From an uncultured cyanobacterium (lineage in GTDB: Bacteria > Cyanobacteriota > Cyanobacteriia > PCC-9006 > JAAUQQ01), in NCBI GenBank assembly GCA_963718615.1, contig OY970368.1:3904001-3968000 (forward strand): 64,000 bases of DNA, in the 5' to 3' direction. The translations under genes and the position numbers were made by a program. Of this stretch, positions 28,957-39,228 are shown piece by piece (position 1 is the first letter of the stretch; the number at the start of each line of letters is the position of its first letter). Below the pieces are notes generated by a model. That model searched no databases and was not told the DNA's origin. It was given only the letters and a program-made list of their open reading frames with translations.

Positions 28957-30054
28957 GTGCGGGGTTCTATGGGTAAGAGGAGTTTACGGTTGATCACAGC
29001 ATTGATGCTGGTAACACCCTTGGTGGCCTGTACCACGGCCCCCAGTGGTGACAGCAGCAATTCAGGCCCAGGGGCAGCCACTGCTAATGGACCAAGCCGT
29101 TTGGAAACGGTCAAAAATCGGGGCAAGCTGCTCTGCGGTGTTGAGGGCACCATTCCGGGCTTTAGCTTTGTCGACACCGACGGTAAGTATTCCGGGCTCG
29201 ATGTGGACACCTGTCGGGCGGTTGCCGCCGCAGTATTTGGCACCGCTGAAGATATTGACAGCAAAATTGAATACCGCAACCTAGATTCCACCGCCCGTTT
29301 CCCAGCACTGCAAAATGGCGAAGTAGACGTGCTGGCCCGGAACACGACTTGGACCCTGAGTCGCGATGCGTCCGGCGGCAATGGTCTGGAGTTTGTGCCC
29401 ACGACGTTCTATGACGGCCAAGGGATTTTGGCCCGCAAAGACAGTGGCGTCACTTCGCTCAAGGATATGGAGGGCAAGTCCATCTGCGTGGAAACCGGGA
29501 CAACCACGGAGCTTAACCTTGCCACCCGCAGTACTGAGCTGGGGATTACGGTAAGCGAGGTCAAGTTCCAAGATTCCAATGCTACGTTTGCCGCCTACGA
29601 AGAGGGTCGTTGCGAGGCGATTACTTCTGACCGCTCCCAACTTGCAGCGAAGCGGACGGGCTTGTCTAATCCCGATGACCATGTGCTGCTAGATGACGTG
29701 CTCTCGAAGGAGCCCCTCGGTCCTGTAACGATTAACAACGATTCCGCTTGGTTTGACGTGGTCAAGTGGGTCACCTATGGCCTGATCCAAGCCGAAGAGT
29801 TTGGCATCACCCAGGCCAACGTCGAGGAAAAGGTTAGCGATAAGAGTCCAGATGTCAAGCTCTTCTTGGGCAGTGAGGGGGACTTGGGCAAGCAGTTGGG
29901 TCTGCCGGCCAACTTCATGGTCAATGCGGTGAAAGCTGTGGGGAACTACGGTGAGGTTTACGATCGCAACATCGGAGAAGTTCTCAGCATCGATCGGGGT
30001 CAGAATAAGCTCTGGACCGATGGCGGCTTGATGTATTCTCCGCCGTTCCGCTAA
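28957..30054 (+). CDS. natF: Amino-acid ABC transporter substrate-binding lipoprotein (N-II/AapJ/BztA type)
   Basis: Lipobox LVAC, RNTTWTLSRD, SKEPLGP, GNYGEVYDRN and GGLMYSPPFR. Confidence 0.92.
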   Translation: MRGSMGKRSLRLITALMLVTPLVACTTAPSGDSSNSGPGAATANGPSRLETVKNRGKLLCGVEGTIPGFSFVDTDGKYSGLDVDTCRAVAAAVFGTAEDIDSKIEYRNLDSTARFPALQNGEVDVLARNTTWTLSRDASGGNGLEFVPTTFYDGQGILARKDSGVTSLKDMEGKSICVETGTTTELNLATRSTELGITVSEVKFQDSNATFAAYEEGRCEAITSDRSQLAAKRTGLSNPDDHVLLDDVLSKEPLGPVTINNDSAWFDVVKWVTYGLIQAEEFGITQANVEEKVSDKSPDVKLFLGSEGDLGKQLGLPANFMVNAVKAVGNYGEVYDRNIGEVLSIDRGQNKLWTDGGLMYSPPFR

Positions 30055-30097
30055 AAATTGGTGGCGCGATCGCCCGTTAAAAGCGATCGCTTCAACC

Positions 30098-30129
30098 AGA
30101 GGGGCTTTGCATGCAAGGCCCCTCTTTTT
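30098..30129 (+). terminator. Intrinsic terminator or stabilising hairpin after natF
   Basis: AGAGGGGCTTTGC-AT-GCAAGGCCCCTCT followed by a T run. Confidence 0.75.
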
Positions 30130-30248
30130 GCTCAACCTGAGCCGTCCCCTGGGCGATCGCGTAGTAGATTACTCAGTACATTGCTTAGTGCATTGCTGAG
30201 TCCATTACGCCTCAGCTTGCTTGTTTTAGAGCGTTCAGGACCGAATCC

Positions 30249-31445
30249 ATGACAGCACCGGACGATCCCGCTGACCGTTGGCAACCCCATGCTTTGCGGT
30301 CTGCAAAGCCACCGCTCTGGCGTGATGAGCGCTTTTGGAAAATCCTCTTCCAGGTTTTGGCGGTGGTGATTGTAGGCAGTCTCTTAGCGATCGCCATCAC
30401 CAACCTCAATCGCAACCTCGCTCAGCAAGGCCGTAGCTTTGAGTTCGGCTTTTTGGGCAATGCGGCGGGATTTAATATTGGTGAGGCGATCGTGCCCTTT
30501 ACCCGCGATGACCCCTATTGGTGGGGATTTGCCGTCGGGCTCATCAACACGATTCGGCTGATCTTGCTGGCCATTCCCCTCGCGACGGTCTTCGGCGTCA
30601 TTGCAGGGGTGGCGAGTTTCTCTAGCAACTGGCTACTGCGCAAGCTCAGCCTGCTCTACGTTGAGGTCATGCGGAATCTTCCCATTCTGCTTGTGCTCTT
30701 CATTTGGTATTTTGTCGTCTTTTTTGGGCTCTCCGAAAAGGACGCAGTAACCCAGCTCTCCAGTGCCTTGGCAATTAGTAAAAAGGGGATTTGGGTGCCC
30801 TGGCCTGCGAGTCCCAATGCGGGGCTGTGGGCGCTGGTGTTGGTTGCCTTGGCGATCGCCGCAACCCTACTCTGGCGCTGGCGAATCAAAATCATGACCG
30901 AGCAAGCCGTCTCGGGTCAGCCTCAGCTCTATGGCCTATTGGGCATGGGCGTGGTGGGTCTTTTGATCTTTTTCTTCGGTTTGGGCTGGCAAATTCCTCA
31001 AGTGGAGGGGACCAATGTCGATCGGGGCCTCAAGGCGACGCTGGAGTACAGCGCGATGTTGATGGCGTTAGCCGCCCACACCGGAGCTTTTATCGCCGAG
31101 GTGGTTCGGGGGGGCATCCAGTCGGTCTCTAAGGGCCAGTGGGAAGCGGCCCGAGCCATGGGGCTGGGCAATACCCAGGTGATGCGCCTGGTGGTCTTAC
31201 CCCAATCCCTACGGGTGATTGTGCCGTCGTTGAATAGTCAGTACATCACGCTCAACAAAAACTCCAGTTTGGCCCTGGCGATCGGCTATCCCGAAATCTT
31301 TTCTATCTCTCAAACCACGCTCAATCAGACGGGACGGGCGGTAGAAATTTTGCTTCTCGTGACGATTGTATTTTTGATCTTGAACTTTTTGACCTCGTTG
31401 ATCATGAACCGCATTAATACGCTGGTTCAAATCCAAGAGCGCTGA
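30249..31445 (+). CDS. natG: Amino-acid ABC transporter permease
   Basis: PLWRDERF, AFIAEVVRGGIQSVSKGQWEAA and KNSSLA motifs. Confidence 0.9.
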   Translation: MTAPDDPADRWQPHALRSAKPPLWRDERFWKILFQVLAVVIVGSLLAIAITNLNRNLAQQGRSFEFGFLGNAAGFNIGEAIVPFTRDDPYWWGFAVGLINTIRLILLAIPLATVFGVIAGVASFSSNWLLRKLSLLYVEVMRNLPILLVLFIWYFVVFFGLSEKDAVTQLSSALAISKKGIWVPWPASPNAGLWALVLVALAIAATLLWRWRIKIMTEQAVSGQPQLYGLLGMGVVGLLIFFFGLGWQIPQVEGTNVDRGLKATLEYSAMLMALAAHTGAFIAEVVRGGIQSVSKGQWEAARAMGLGNTQVMRLVVLPQSLRVIVPSLNSQYITLNKNSSLALAIGYPEIFSISQTTLNQTGRAVEILLLVTIVFLILNFLTSLIMNRINTLVQIQER

Positions 31446-31458
31446 AGCCTGATATTCT

Positions 31459-32673
31459 ATGACTCCTGCAACCCCTTCCCGCACCAGTGCCCCTCCGGCG
31501 ATCGCCCAACCCACCCCGATCGCCTGGCTCAAAGAAAATCTCTTTAGCACCTGGTACAACGGCATTATTACGGTGGTCCTGCTATTTTTAATCGGCAGAA
31601 CCTTAATCAGCACCCTCGACTGGGCCTTGCATGCGGCCCGTTGGGCGGTCATCCCCGAAAACCTCAAGCTCTATATGACGGGCCTGTTTCCCGTGGAGCA
31701 GCTTTGGCGGGTCTGGGCTTTGCTGGGGATGATCTGCGGACTAGCGGGGTTAACCTGGGGCGTCTTGGCCCGGAATGTGCCTCGGCTATTTGGACCATCG
31801 GTGCTGTTTGGGGCGGGGGCGATCGCCCTGTTCACGATGTGGGTCCCAACTTCCCTCCCCAATCGTTTGCTGCTCCTAGGATTTGAAATCCTCGTCTTAG
31901 CGGGAGCCTGGGGCGGACGGCGACTCAGCCGCACCCAGCCGAAACTGGCCCAGTGGCTCCCTGCGGCTTGGACGGTATCCTTTTTTGTGGCCCTTTGGTT
32001 GCTGTTGGGCGGCATCGGTATCCCCTACGTGGGCACGAGCAAATGGGGCGGATTGCTCCTGACGCTATTTATGGCGGTGATCAGTATTTTGGCCGGGTTT
32101 CCGCTGGCCCTGGTGCTGGCCTTGAGCCGCCAAAGCAAATTGCCTGTCCTTAAAGGGATGGCCGTCACGATTATCGAACTGACGCGGGGCTCGCCCCTGA
32201 CGATGTTTTTGTTTATCGGCGATGTCATGCTGCCCATTATTTTGCCCAGCAGTTGGAACCTCGACCGCATCTTCCGGGCCATGGTCGTGCTGACGCTCTT
32301 TTGCGCCTCCTATACGGCGGAAACCATTCGAGGCGGCCTGCAAGCCATTCCTCGGGGACAGTCGGAAGCCGCCCAAGCCCTCGGTCTCAATACCCCCCTC
32401 ACCCTCGGCTTGGTCGTCCTTCCCCAGGCCCTAAAAATTTCTATCCCTGCTCTGGTGGGCGTGTTTATCCAAATGGTGCAAGAAACCTCCCTTGTGGCCA
32501 TCTTGGGTCTGTTTGATTTACTCGGCATGAGTCGGTCAATTTTGTCTAATCCGCAGTTTGTCGGTCGCTATGCGGAGGTGTATTTCTTTATCGGTTTAAT
32601 TTATTGGAGTTTCTGCTATGTAATGTCACTCGGGAGTCGCCGGTTGGAGAAGACGCTCAACACGGGCCACTAA
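31459..32673 (+). CDS. natH: Amino-acid ABC transporter permease
   Basis: WLKENLFSTWYN and AETIRGGLQAIPRGQSEAA motifs. Confidence 0.9.
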   Translation: MTPATPSRTSAPPAIAQPTPIAWLKENLFSTWYNGIITVVLLFLIGRTLISTLDWALHAARWAVIPENLKLYMTGLFPVEQLWRVWALLGMICGLAGLTWGVLARNVPRLFGPSVLFGAGAIALFTMWVPTSLPNRLLLLGFEILVLAGAWGGRRLSRTQPKLAQWLPAAWTVSFFVALWLLLGGIGIPYVGTSKWGGLLLTLFMAVISILAGFPLALVLALSRQSKLPVLKGMAVTIIELTRGSPLTMFLFIGDVMLPIILPSSWNLDRIFRAMVVLTLFCASYTAETIRGGLQAIPRGQSEAAQALGLNTPLTLGLVVLPQALKISIPALVGVFIQMVQETSLVAILGLFDLLGMSRSILSNPQFVGRYAEVYFFIGLIYWSFCYVMSLGSRRLEKTLNTGH

Positions 32674-33358
32674 GCTGGCAATTCGAGGTGGCATTTCGGA
32701 GGTTGGGGCGGGGCTAGGCTGAACCTGGGGCGGCGGCGAGGGGCTCATCTCCTGGGTGCGAACGGCTTGCTGGGGGGATGGAGTATCCGGCGGTTCCGCC
32801 ACCCACATCAGCGCAGCAGTCAGGAGGAGCGCAAGGCCCACAGGGCGTTTCATGGGAGGTTTCCGGCGAGAATTGGGGAGACTACTGTTTCTCATCACGG
32901 GGCACCTGGAGATTTACGCAAGGTTTTGGGATGAAGTTTGGGACGTTATTTTTAGGCAGCAGAAATTTAATCGTGACCAGTTTTTGATCTGGCACAGGTG
33001 CGCCTAGGGGCACGGTAACAAACCCGAGCGCGACTCTGCTTAAGGATTGACCCATCGCGGCGATCAACCCCTATGGGGGCCACCCACTCCCATCCCACCC
33101 ACTCCCATCCATCCCACCACCACCAGAGGTTCAAAGGGCACGGTTTTGAGGCGTTGGATATGGTAATCAAACTAGTGAGCGCAACCTTAAGGGCGCAGTC
33201 ATTGAAGCTGAGGTTCAAGTGGTGTTCCCGTGGGGGTTCAAGCTTTAAGGGAGCTTTGAGAAAGATTCTTGGGCGATCGCCACGATTGCGTATTCTCGAA
33301 AGTAAGCTGTGATAAAGATAAACGCACAAAGACAAAAGCAAAGAACAGGACTGCACCG

Positions 33359-34153
33359 ATGACCCAATCGAATCTTCGGCCCCACATTGAACCTGCCCCT
33401 CGCGATCGCCTCAGCGATGAGCCCATGATCATTGCCGAGCAAGTGGAAAAGTGGTACACCAACAGCTTCCACGTCCTGCGTGGCGTCAGCTTGACGGTGA
33501 GCAAGGGTGAAGTGGTGGTGATTATGGGGCCATCGGGGTCGGGCAAATCCACCTTTATCCGCACGTTTAATGCCCTGGAGCCCTACCAAAAAGGTCGCAT
33601 TTTAGTCGATGGTATTGAGCTCTCCCACGACCTCAAAAATATCGAAGCCATTCGCCGGGAAGTAGGGATGGTCTTTCAACAGTTCAATTTGTTTCCCCAT
33701 CTGAGCGTTCTGCAAAATATCACGCTGGCTCCCATTTGGGTGCGTCGCTGGCCTAAGGCCAAGGCGGAAGAAAAAGCCATGCAGTTGCTCGAACGGGTGG
33801 GTATTTTGGAGCAGGCTCAGAAATTTCCGGGGCAGCTTTCCGGGGGACAACAGCAACGGGTGGCGATCGCCCGTGCCCTCGCCATGGAACCCAAAATCAT
33901 GCTCTTCGACGAACCGACCTCGGCCTTGGACCCAGAAATGGTGCGCGAAGTCCTGGACGTCATGCAGACCTTGGCTAAGGACAGCGGCATGACCATGGTG
34001 GTGGTAACCCACGAGGTGGGGTTTGCGCGGGAGGTGGCGGACCGGGTGGTGCTGATGGCGGATGGGCTTTTGGTGGAAGAAGCAACGCCGGAAGAATTTT
34101 TCAATAATCCCCAAGCGGAGCGCTCGAAGCAGTTCCTGTCGCAGATTTTATAG
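33359..34153 (+). CDS. Polar amino-acid ABC transporter ATP-binding protein (GlnQ/AapP type)
   Basis: [24 protein letters not shown] and [13 protein letters not shown] 33359 after AGGA is preferred over the ORF-track start 33269. Confidence 0.93.
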   Translation: MTQSNLRPHIEPAPRDRLSDEPMIIAEQVEKWYTNSFHVLRGVSLTVSKGEVVVIMGPSGSGKSTFIRTFNALEPYQKGRILVDGIELSHDLKNIEAIRREVGMVFQQFNLFPHLSVLQNITLAPIWVRRWPKAKAEEKAMQLLERVGILEQAQKFPGQLSGGQQQRVAIARALAMEPKIMLFDEPTSALDPEMVREVLDVMQTLAKDSGMTMVVVTHEVGFAREVADRVVLMADGLLVEEATPEEFFNNPQAERSKQFLSQIL

Positions 34154-34282
34154 GGAGAGGCATTAGGGGTAGGTATTAAGGGCAGGAATTGGGCAGCGAA
34201 ATTAGGTGCAGGAATCCAGATTCAATCCAGCTCCAAGCCTGTCCACTGGTACGATAAAACGAATCCGTTAGGGAATCTTGCC

Positions 34283-35974
34283 GTGTCCAGTCCCGACCCG
34301 ATTCTGCTCCACATCGAACAGCTTAAAGTCGCCTACCCGCAACGATCCGACCAAACGGATCTCACCCAACCCCCCTGGTCCCTAGACGGCATTTCCCTCG
34401 ACCTCCGCCCCGGCCAACGCCTCGGCCTCGTGGGCGAATCTGGCTGCGGCAAAAGCACCCTCGGCAAAGCCATTCTCCGTCTTCTGCCCGCAGGCAGCCG
34501 CGTTGAAGGCCAGCTCTTGCTCAACGGCCAATCCATTCCTAACCTGAATCCCGAACAACTGCGACAATTTCGCGGAGAAGCGGTCGGTCTGGTCTTCCAG
34601 GACCCCATGACCCGGCTCAACCCGCTCATGACCATCGGTAACCACTGCCTGGAAACCCTCCTGGCCCATCGCTCCCAGATGACGGCCAAGCAAGCCAAGG
34701 TGCGATCGCTCGAAACCCTGGCTGCCGTCAATATTCCCGCCGATCGCTGGAATCAATATCCCCACGAATTTAGCGGCGGCATGCGCCAACGGGTGGCGAT
34801 CGCCCTTGCCCTCCTGCTCAATCCCAAACTAATCGTCGCCGACGAACCCACGACCAGTCTTGATATCACCGTTTCTGCCCAAATCCTTGATGAACTCACC
34901 CGCCTTTGCGCGGAGCGGGATATGGGATTGCTGTTGATTTCCCACGATTTAGCGATGGTAGGAGAATATTGCGATCGCATCGCCGTCATGTACAACGGCA
35001 AACTGGTAGAACTGGACAAAACCGAAAAACTGTTGCGTAGCCCACACCATGACTATACGCGATCGCTGCTGAATTCTGCTCTGCATCTACAACAATCGGC
35101 GGTAGAAAATCGCCCAGACGCACTCGATCAATCAGATGAATCCGTACAAAAAACAGGGCCGATTTTGCAATTAAATCAGGTCAAACAACATTTTAGCCTC
35201 GGTGGCAATCCCCTAGAGCGCTTGTTTTCAGCCAAGACCCGCAACCACACCATCAAGGCCGTTGATGGGGTTAGCTTTGCGCTCATGCCGGGTGAAACAC
35301 TCGGGCTCGTGGGCGAATCTGGTTGCGGCAAGAGCACTCTTTCGCGGACGATCCTGCAATTGCTCAAACCCACAGCGGGTACCGTTGAATTTTTGGGCGA
35401 AAACCTGGCGGGGCTCTCGCGTCCAGCAATGCAACGGCAACGGCGGAATATCCAAATGATTTTTCAGGATCCCAATGCTTGCCTTAACCCCCTGATGACT
35501 GTGGGCCAAAGCATTGCCGATCCACTTTTGATCCACCGTCTCGCCAATCCCCAAACGGCTAAGCCGCGAGTCCTAGACATGCTCGAACGAGTCGGTCTTA
35601 CACCTGCGGAAGCGTACTACAATCGGTTCCCTAAGCAACTCTCCGGGGGACAACAGCAGCGAGTGGCGATCGCCCGTGCCCTGATCACTCAACCCAAGCT
35701 GCTGATCTGCGACGAACCCGTCAGCATGCTCGATGCGACGGTCCAGGCTCAGGTGCTGGATTTGATGTTGGCACTGAAGCGAGAGTTTGAATTAACCTAT
35801 TTGTTTATTACCCATGATTTGTGGGTGGCGCGTTTTTTTTGCGATCGCATCGCCGTTATGAAGGGTGGACAAATTGTCGAGATTGGTCCAACCCAACAAC
35901 TGTTTGAAACCCCTCAACATCCCTATACGAAAAAGCTCCTGGGTGCAGCGCCCCTTCTGGCTCGGCAAGCTTAG
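34283..35974 (+). CDS. Peptide/nickel ABC transporter ATP-binding protein with two fused NBDs
   Basis: Two GESGCGKST Walker A motifs, YPHEFSGGMRQR and PQHPYT. Confidence 0.93.
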   Translation: MSSPDPILLHIEQLKVAYPQRSDQTDLTQPPWSLDGISLDLRPGQRLGLVGESGCGKSTLGKAILRLLPAGSRVEGQLLLNGQSIPNLNPEQLRQFRGEAVGLVFQDPMTRLNPLMTIGNHCLETLLAHRSQMTAKQAKVRSLETLAAVNIPADRWNQYPHEFSGGMRQRVAIALALLLNPKLIVADEPTTSLDITVSAQILDELTRLCAERDMGLLLISHDLAMVGEYCDRIAVMYNGKLVELDKTEKLLRSPHHDYTRSLLNSALHLQQSAVENRPDALDQSDESVQKTGPILQLNQVKQHFSLGGNPLERLFSAKTRNHTIKAVDGVSFALMPGETLGLVGESGCGKSTLSRTILQLLKPTAGTVEFLGENLAGLSRPAMQRQRRNIQMIFQDPNACLNPLMTVGQSIADPLLIHRLANPQTAKPRVLDMLERVGLTPAEAYYNRFPKQLSGGQQQRVAIARALITQPKLLICDEPVSMLDATVQAQVLDLMLALKREFELTYLFITHDLWVARFFCDRIAVMKGGQIVEIGPTQQLFETPQHPYTKKLLGAAPLLARQA

Positions 35975-36113
35975 AACACGACCTTAAACTTGACCTCATG
36001 GAGTTGACAGAAGCCTCGAATCTTATGGCTGTTGAGTAGGTGCTACTGCTGTGTTGCCAGCCGTAGTTGTTCGATTGCCATGCAGTTTTTTCAACCGATC
36101 GGCGGCTTATGGG

Positions 36114-36956
36114 TTAAGCCTCAGCCAATTTGACCTTGGCCGCTTGCCAAAACTGCTCTAGTTCTTCCACGCTATAGTCGCTAATAGGTCGTTCTAAAGC
36201 GGCTTCGACCTGTTCAAAGCGTTGGACAAATCGTTCATTGGTCCCTCGTAACCCAGCTTCGGGATCTAGCCCATACCAGCGAGCCAAGTTGACGATTGTG
36301 AATAGCAAATCGCCCAGTTCTTCCTGTTGATGGGTCTTGTTGGGGGTGGCGATCGCCTCCTTAAATTCCCCCAATTCCTCCTCAAATTTAGCCCAAACCT
36401 CTTCGATGCAGTTCCATTCAAATCCTGCTGCCCCTGCTTTTTGGGAAATCTTCATTGCCCCCGCGAGGGGAGGATTACTGCGACTTTCTTTATGCAGCTT
36501 TTCGCTCAATGTAGCAACGGCAGGAAGCCCTTTCTGAACCCGCTCCTGTTGTTTCATCGTTTGCCAATTGACCCGTACGGCTTCCGGGTCGGTTGCAGAT
36601 GCATCGCCAAAGACATGGGGATGACGACGAATCAATTTTTCACTGATACTTTGAGCGATATCTTGTAGGGTAAACTGACCCAAGTCCGCCGCCATTTGGG
36701 CCTGCAAAACCACCTGAAGCAACAGATCTCCCAATTCCTCCGCGATGTCTGCGGGTTCTCCCCGTTCTAGGGCATCAATGGTTTCGTAGGCTTCTTCGAT
36801 AATGTAAGGAATCAGGCTTTGGGGCGTCTGGACCAAGTCCCAGGGACAGCCCCCTTCAGGATCCCGGAGTTTTGCTACCACTGCGACGAGGTGTTTGAGC
36901 GCGACCAAAACTTCAGGGTCAACAGGGGGTAACGGCATGGATAAAGAGACAGTCAT
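36114..36956 (-). CDS. mazG: Nucleoside triphosphate pyrophosphohydrolase MazG
   Basis: LRDPEGGCPWD, two EELGDLL motifs and KLIRRHPHVF. Confidence 0.95.
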   Translation of the reverse strand: MTVSLSMPLPPVDPEVLVALKHLVAVVAKLRDPEGGCPWDLVQTPQSLIPYIIEEAYETIDALERGEPADIAEELGDLLLQVVLQAQMAADLGQFTLQDIAQSISEKLIRRHPHVFGDASATDPEAVRVNWQTMKQQERVQKGLPAVATLSEKLHKESRSNPPLAGAMKISQKAGAAGFEWNCIEEVWAKFEEELGEFKEAIATPNKTHQQEELGDLLFTIVNLARWYGLDPEAGLRGTNERFVQRFEQVEAALERPISDYSVEELEQFWQAAKVKLAEA

Positions 36957-36987
36957 GGGGGGTGAGAGCGCAACGGACGCATCTATC

Positions 36988-37548
36988 CTACCGCTTGCGC
37001 CGACGTCGTTTGGCGATCGCCTGTTTGCGCCGATTCCGTTTAATCCAACTCCCCGTCCAGTCGCTGAGGGAATGGCTCATTGCGCCCAGTTCGAGGCCCA
37101 GATAGAGCACCAAGCCTTCGATGGGATGCTGGAGGGCAAAACGCTGCAAGATTTCAAGGGCTGTATTCAACTGCTGCAAGCTCAACGGCCACCAGTTTTC
37201 TGGCGACGCGAGCTGGGCTAGGGCGATTGCCCAAACAAAGGCAAACAGCAGGATCCAAGCCGCAAGATAAACCAACCGAAACACCGTTCCCAAAATCGGG
37301 CCATGGGAAAGCATCGAACGATGGTTCATAGCTCGACGATAGGGCAACCAAATCCAGCGAAGGGGACCCCAACGCCGGTAGGGACGCGAATGAATATCCA
37401 GGTCCGGGCTAAGTAACAGCCCTCCCAGAAGATACCCCCCGGCAAACAACAAACTCTGGGCTGGATTCCGAGTCACCAGCAAAACCGCACCGGTCAACCA
37501 GGGAAAACTCCAGAGCGTAATTCGATCGTGGGTGCGACCAGACGGCAT
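36988..37548 (-). CDS. DUF2227-type metal-binding membrane protein
   Basis: MPSGRTHDRIT, SPDLD, HRS.LSHG and H..SD motifs. Confidence 0.88.
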   Translation of the reverse strand: MPSGRTHDRITLWSFPWLTGAVLLVTRNPAQSLLFAGGYLLGGLLLSPDLDIHSRPYRRWGPLRWIWLPYRRAMNHRSMLSHGPILGTVFRLVYLAAWILLFAFVWAIALAQLASPENWWPLSLQQLNTALEILQRFALQHPIEGLVLYLGLELGAMSHSLSDWTGSWIKRNRRKQAIAKRRRRKR

Positions 37549-37574
37549 AGGTAAACCAAAGACGGTTCCTTATC

Positions 37575-38888
37575 CTAGGAGAGCGATCGCATCTTGGCGA
37601 GCCCTATCCCTTGGGCGATCGCCTCCTCCAAACTATCAACGGCAAAAATTCCCATGTCCTGCAAAAGCTGCCGTCCCGCCTCCGCCTCCGGTCCCGACAA
37701 ATACACCACAATGGGCACAGGCTGTCGCATTCCTCTCAAGTGGATATGCTGACTTGCCGTATAAAAATATTCGGCGATGGTTTCGGCGATGTCCTGACAA
37801 GAATTAGCTAGGGCAGTCCAGTTGATTAAAATTAGCTTCACGTCCCGCAATCGCGAGAGCCCCTCTAGGGCACGGCCCACATTTTCCTGCTGACGGTGCT
37901 GTTTTCTCGACAACGATAACGACTGTCTGGCAACTTTGCTAGTCGTTTCTTTGAGAGAGACGAAGGCCGCCGCTTTGCCACCCGCCTGCTTAATCGACTC
38001 AACAGTTGCCATAGCAAGCCCAATGCCATTGCTTAAAACACCAATGTTGCCCTCTAATTGGACAATCGGCGCTTCCACTTCCGGTTTGGGCGAGAACAGC
38101 TTTTTGAGCTGAGGCTGTTGTGCCAAAGCCGCCGCCGTAAAGCGAACTTTGCCGTCAATGGCAATAATTTGTCCTTCCGAGCCCAAAGCCAGCGGATCAA
38201 TTTCTAAAAATTCCAGATCTAATCCCGTCATCAGTCCATACATCTGCTCAAACATCTGATGAAAGGCTTCCTGATGAAGCGGTTGCAACTGCAGGGACTG
38301 GCTGAGTTGTTGCGCAATCACTTGGAGCTTGGCGGAGCCGATCGCCTCCAAATTCGCTGAGCTTGTTTCTATGTCCTCACGAATGACGGACTGATCGCTG
38401 ACCGATGGATTGGAATCTGCCGAATGATGCCAAGCCTTAACTCGATATATCCCTAAAGAGGGATTAAGCTGCATCGAAATTCCAATTGAATGACTGATGG
38501 GATAAAAGGCTTCGGCCAATAAATACTCAGGATATTCTCCTTGAATCGCAGAATCAAATAAGCTATGGGCATTGGCGATCGCATCAATGCGATTCGTCAC
38601 CTTCCGAATCCCGCCTTCGGCCTTGCGATTGCCCGCATGGACCTGAGCTTTCAAAACAACCGGATAATCTAGCGCCAGCTTCTTTAAATCCGGCGCAGAA
38701 TGAATCAGTTGAGAAGGCAAAACTGGAATATTCATGTCGCGAAAAATCTGCTTGACTTGGTGCTCTAGCAAATCAAATTTTTCGTCATTGTGGTCCGCAT
38801 GCTCTGCACATCCCAGAGCCTCCACCGTTAATGACTGGGAGCTTGCTGGCGGTAGAGTAACTGAGAGAGAATCCTGAGTTGATTTCAT
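37575..38888 (-). CDS. sucC: Succinyl-CoA ligase beta subunit-like (ATP-grasp), divergent
   Basis: DLLEHQVKQIF, PVVLKAQVHAG, LEIDPL, IDGKV and GNIGVLSNGIGLAMAT. Confidence 0.75.
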   Translation of the reverse strand: MKSTQDSLSVTLPPASSQSLTVEALGCAEHADHNDEKFDLLEHQVKQIFRDMNIPVLPSQLIHSAPDLKKLALDYPVVLKAQVHAGNRKAEGGIRKVTNRIDAIANAHSLFDSAIQGEYPEYLLAEAFYPISHSIGISMQLNPSLGIYRVKAWHHSADSNPSVSDQSVIREDIETSSANLEAIGSAKLQVIAQQLSQSLQLQPLHQEAFHQMFEQMYGLMTGLDLEFLEIDPLALGSEGQIIAIDGKVRFTAAALAQQPQLKKLFSPKPEVEAPIVQLEGNIGVLSNGIGLAMATVESIKQAGGKAAAFVSLKETTSKVARQSLSLSRKQHRQQENVGRALEGLSRLRDVKLILINWTALANSCQDIAETIAEYFYTASQHIHLRGMRQPVPIVVYLSGPEAEAGRQLLQDMGIFAVDSLEEAIAQGIGLAKMRSLS

Positions 38889-39228
38889 AAAAATACAAAA
38901 AGCGAAGCAGTTGGAACGGCAAGTCCTACGAATTCTTAATTAATTAGCCATCGTTATGGGTATGATTTGGCACTACATTCGAGTGAATAGAATCGTCAAC
39001 ATTTGTTTATCATTTTCAAACTAAATTTGCCGTAACCCCCAAGCAGGCACCAATACCCATTAAAACACCTCAATTGGGTTTGAGGCGTCGTAACATTCCC
39101 GGAATTACAGTTTTCCTCAAATATAGAAGATTTTATTGGCAAGAATAGCGTTCTCGCCCCTTAGAAGCTGTATCCCAGTATGCGGTTCTTACCCTGCTCG
39201 GCTGAAAGAGTATCTTTTGTAACTATCA

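Noticed and set aside
33073-33312. His-rich 79-aa ORF
   Set aside because: The His run arises from a low-complexity CCCACTCCCAT repeat, and nothing else supports coding.
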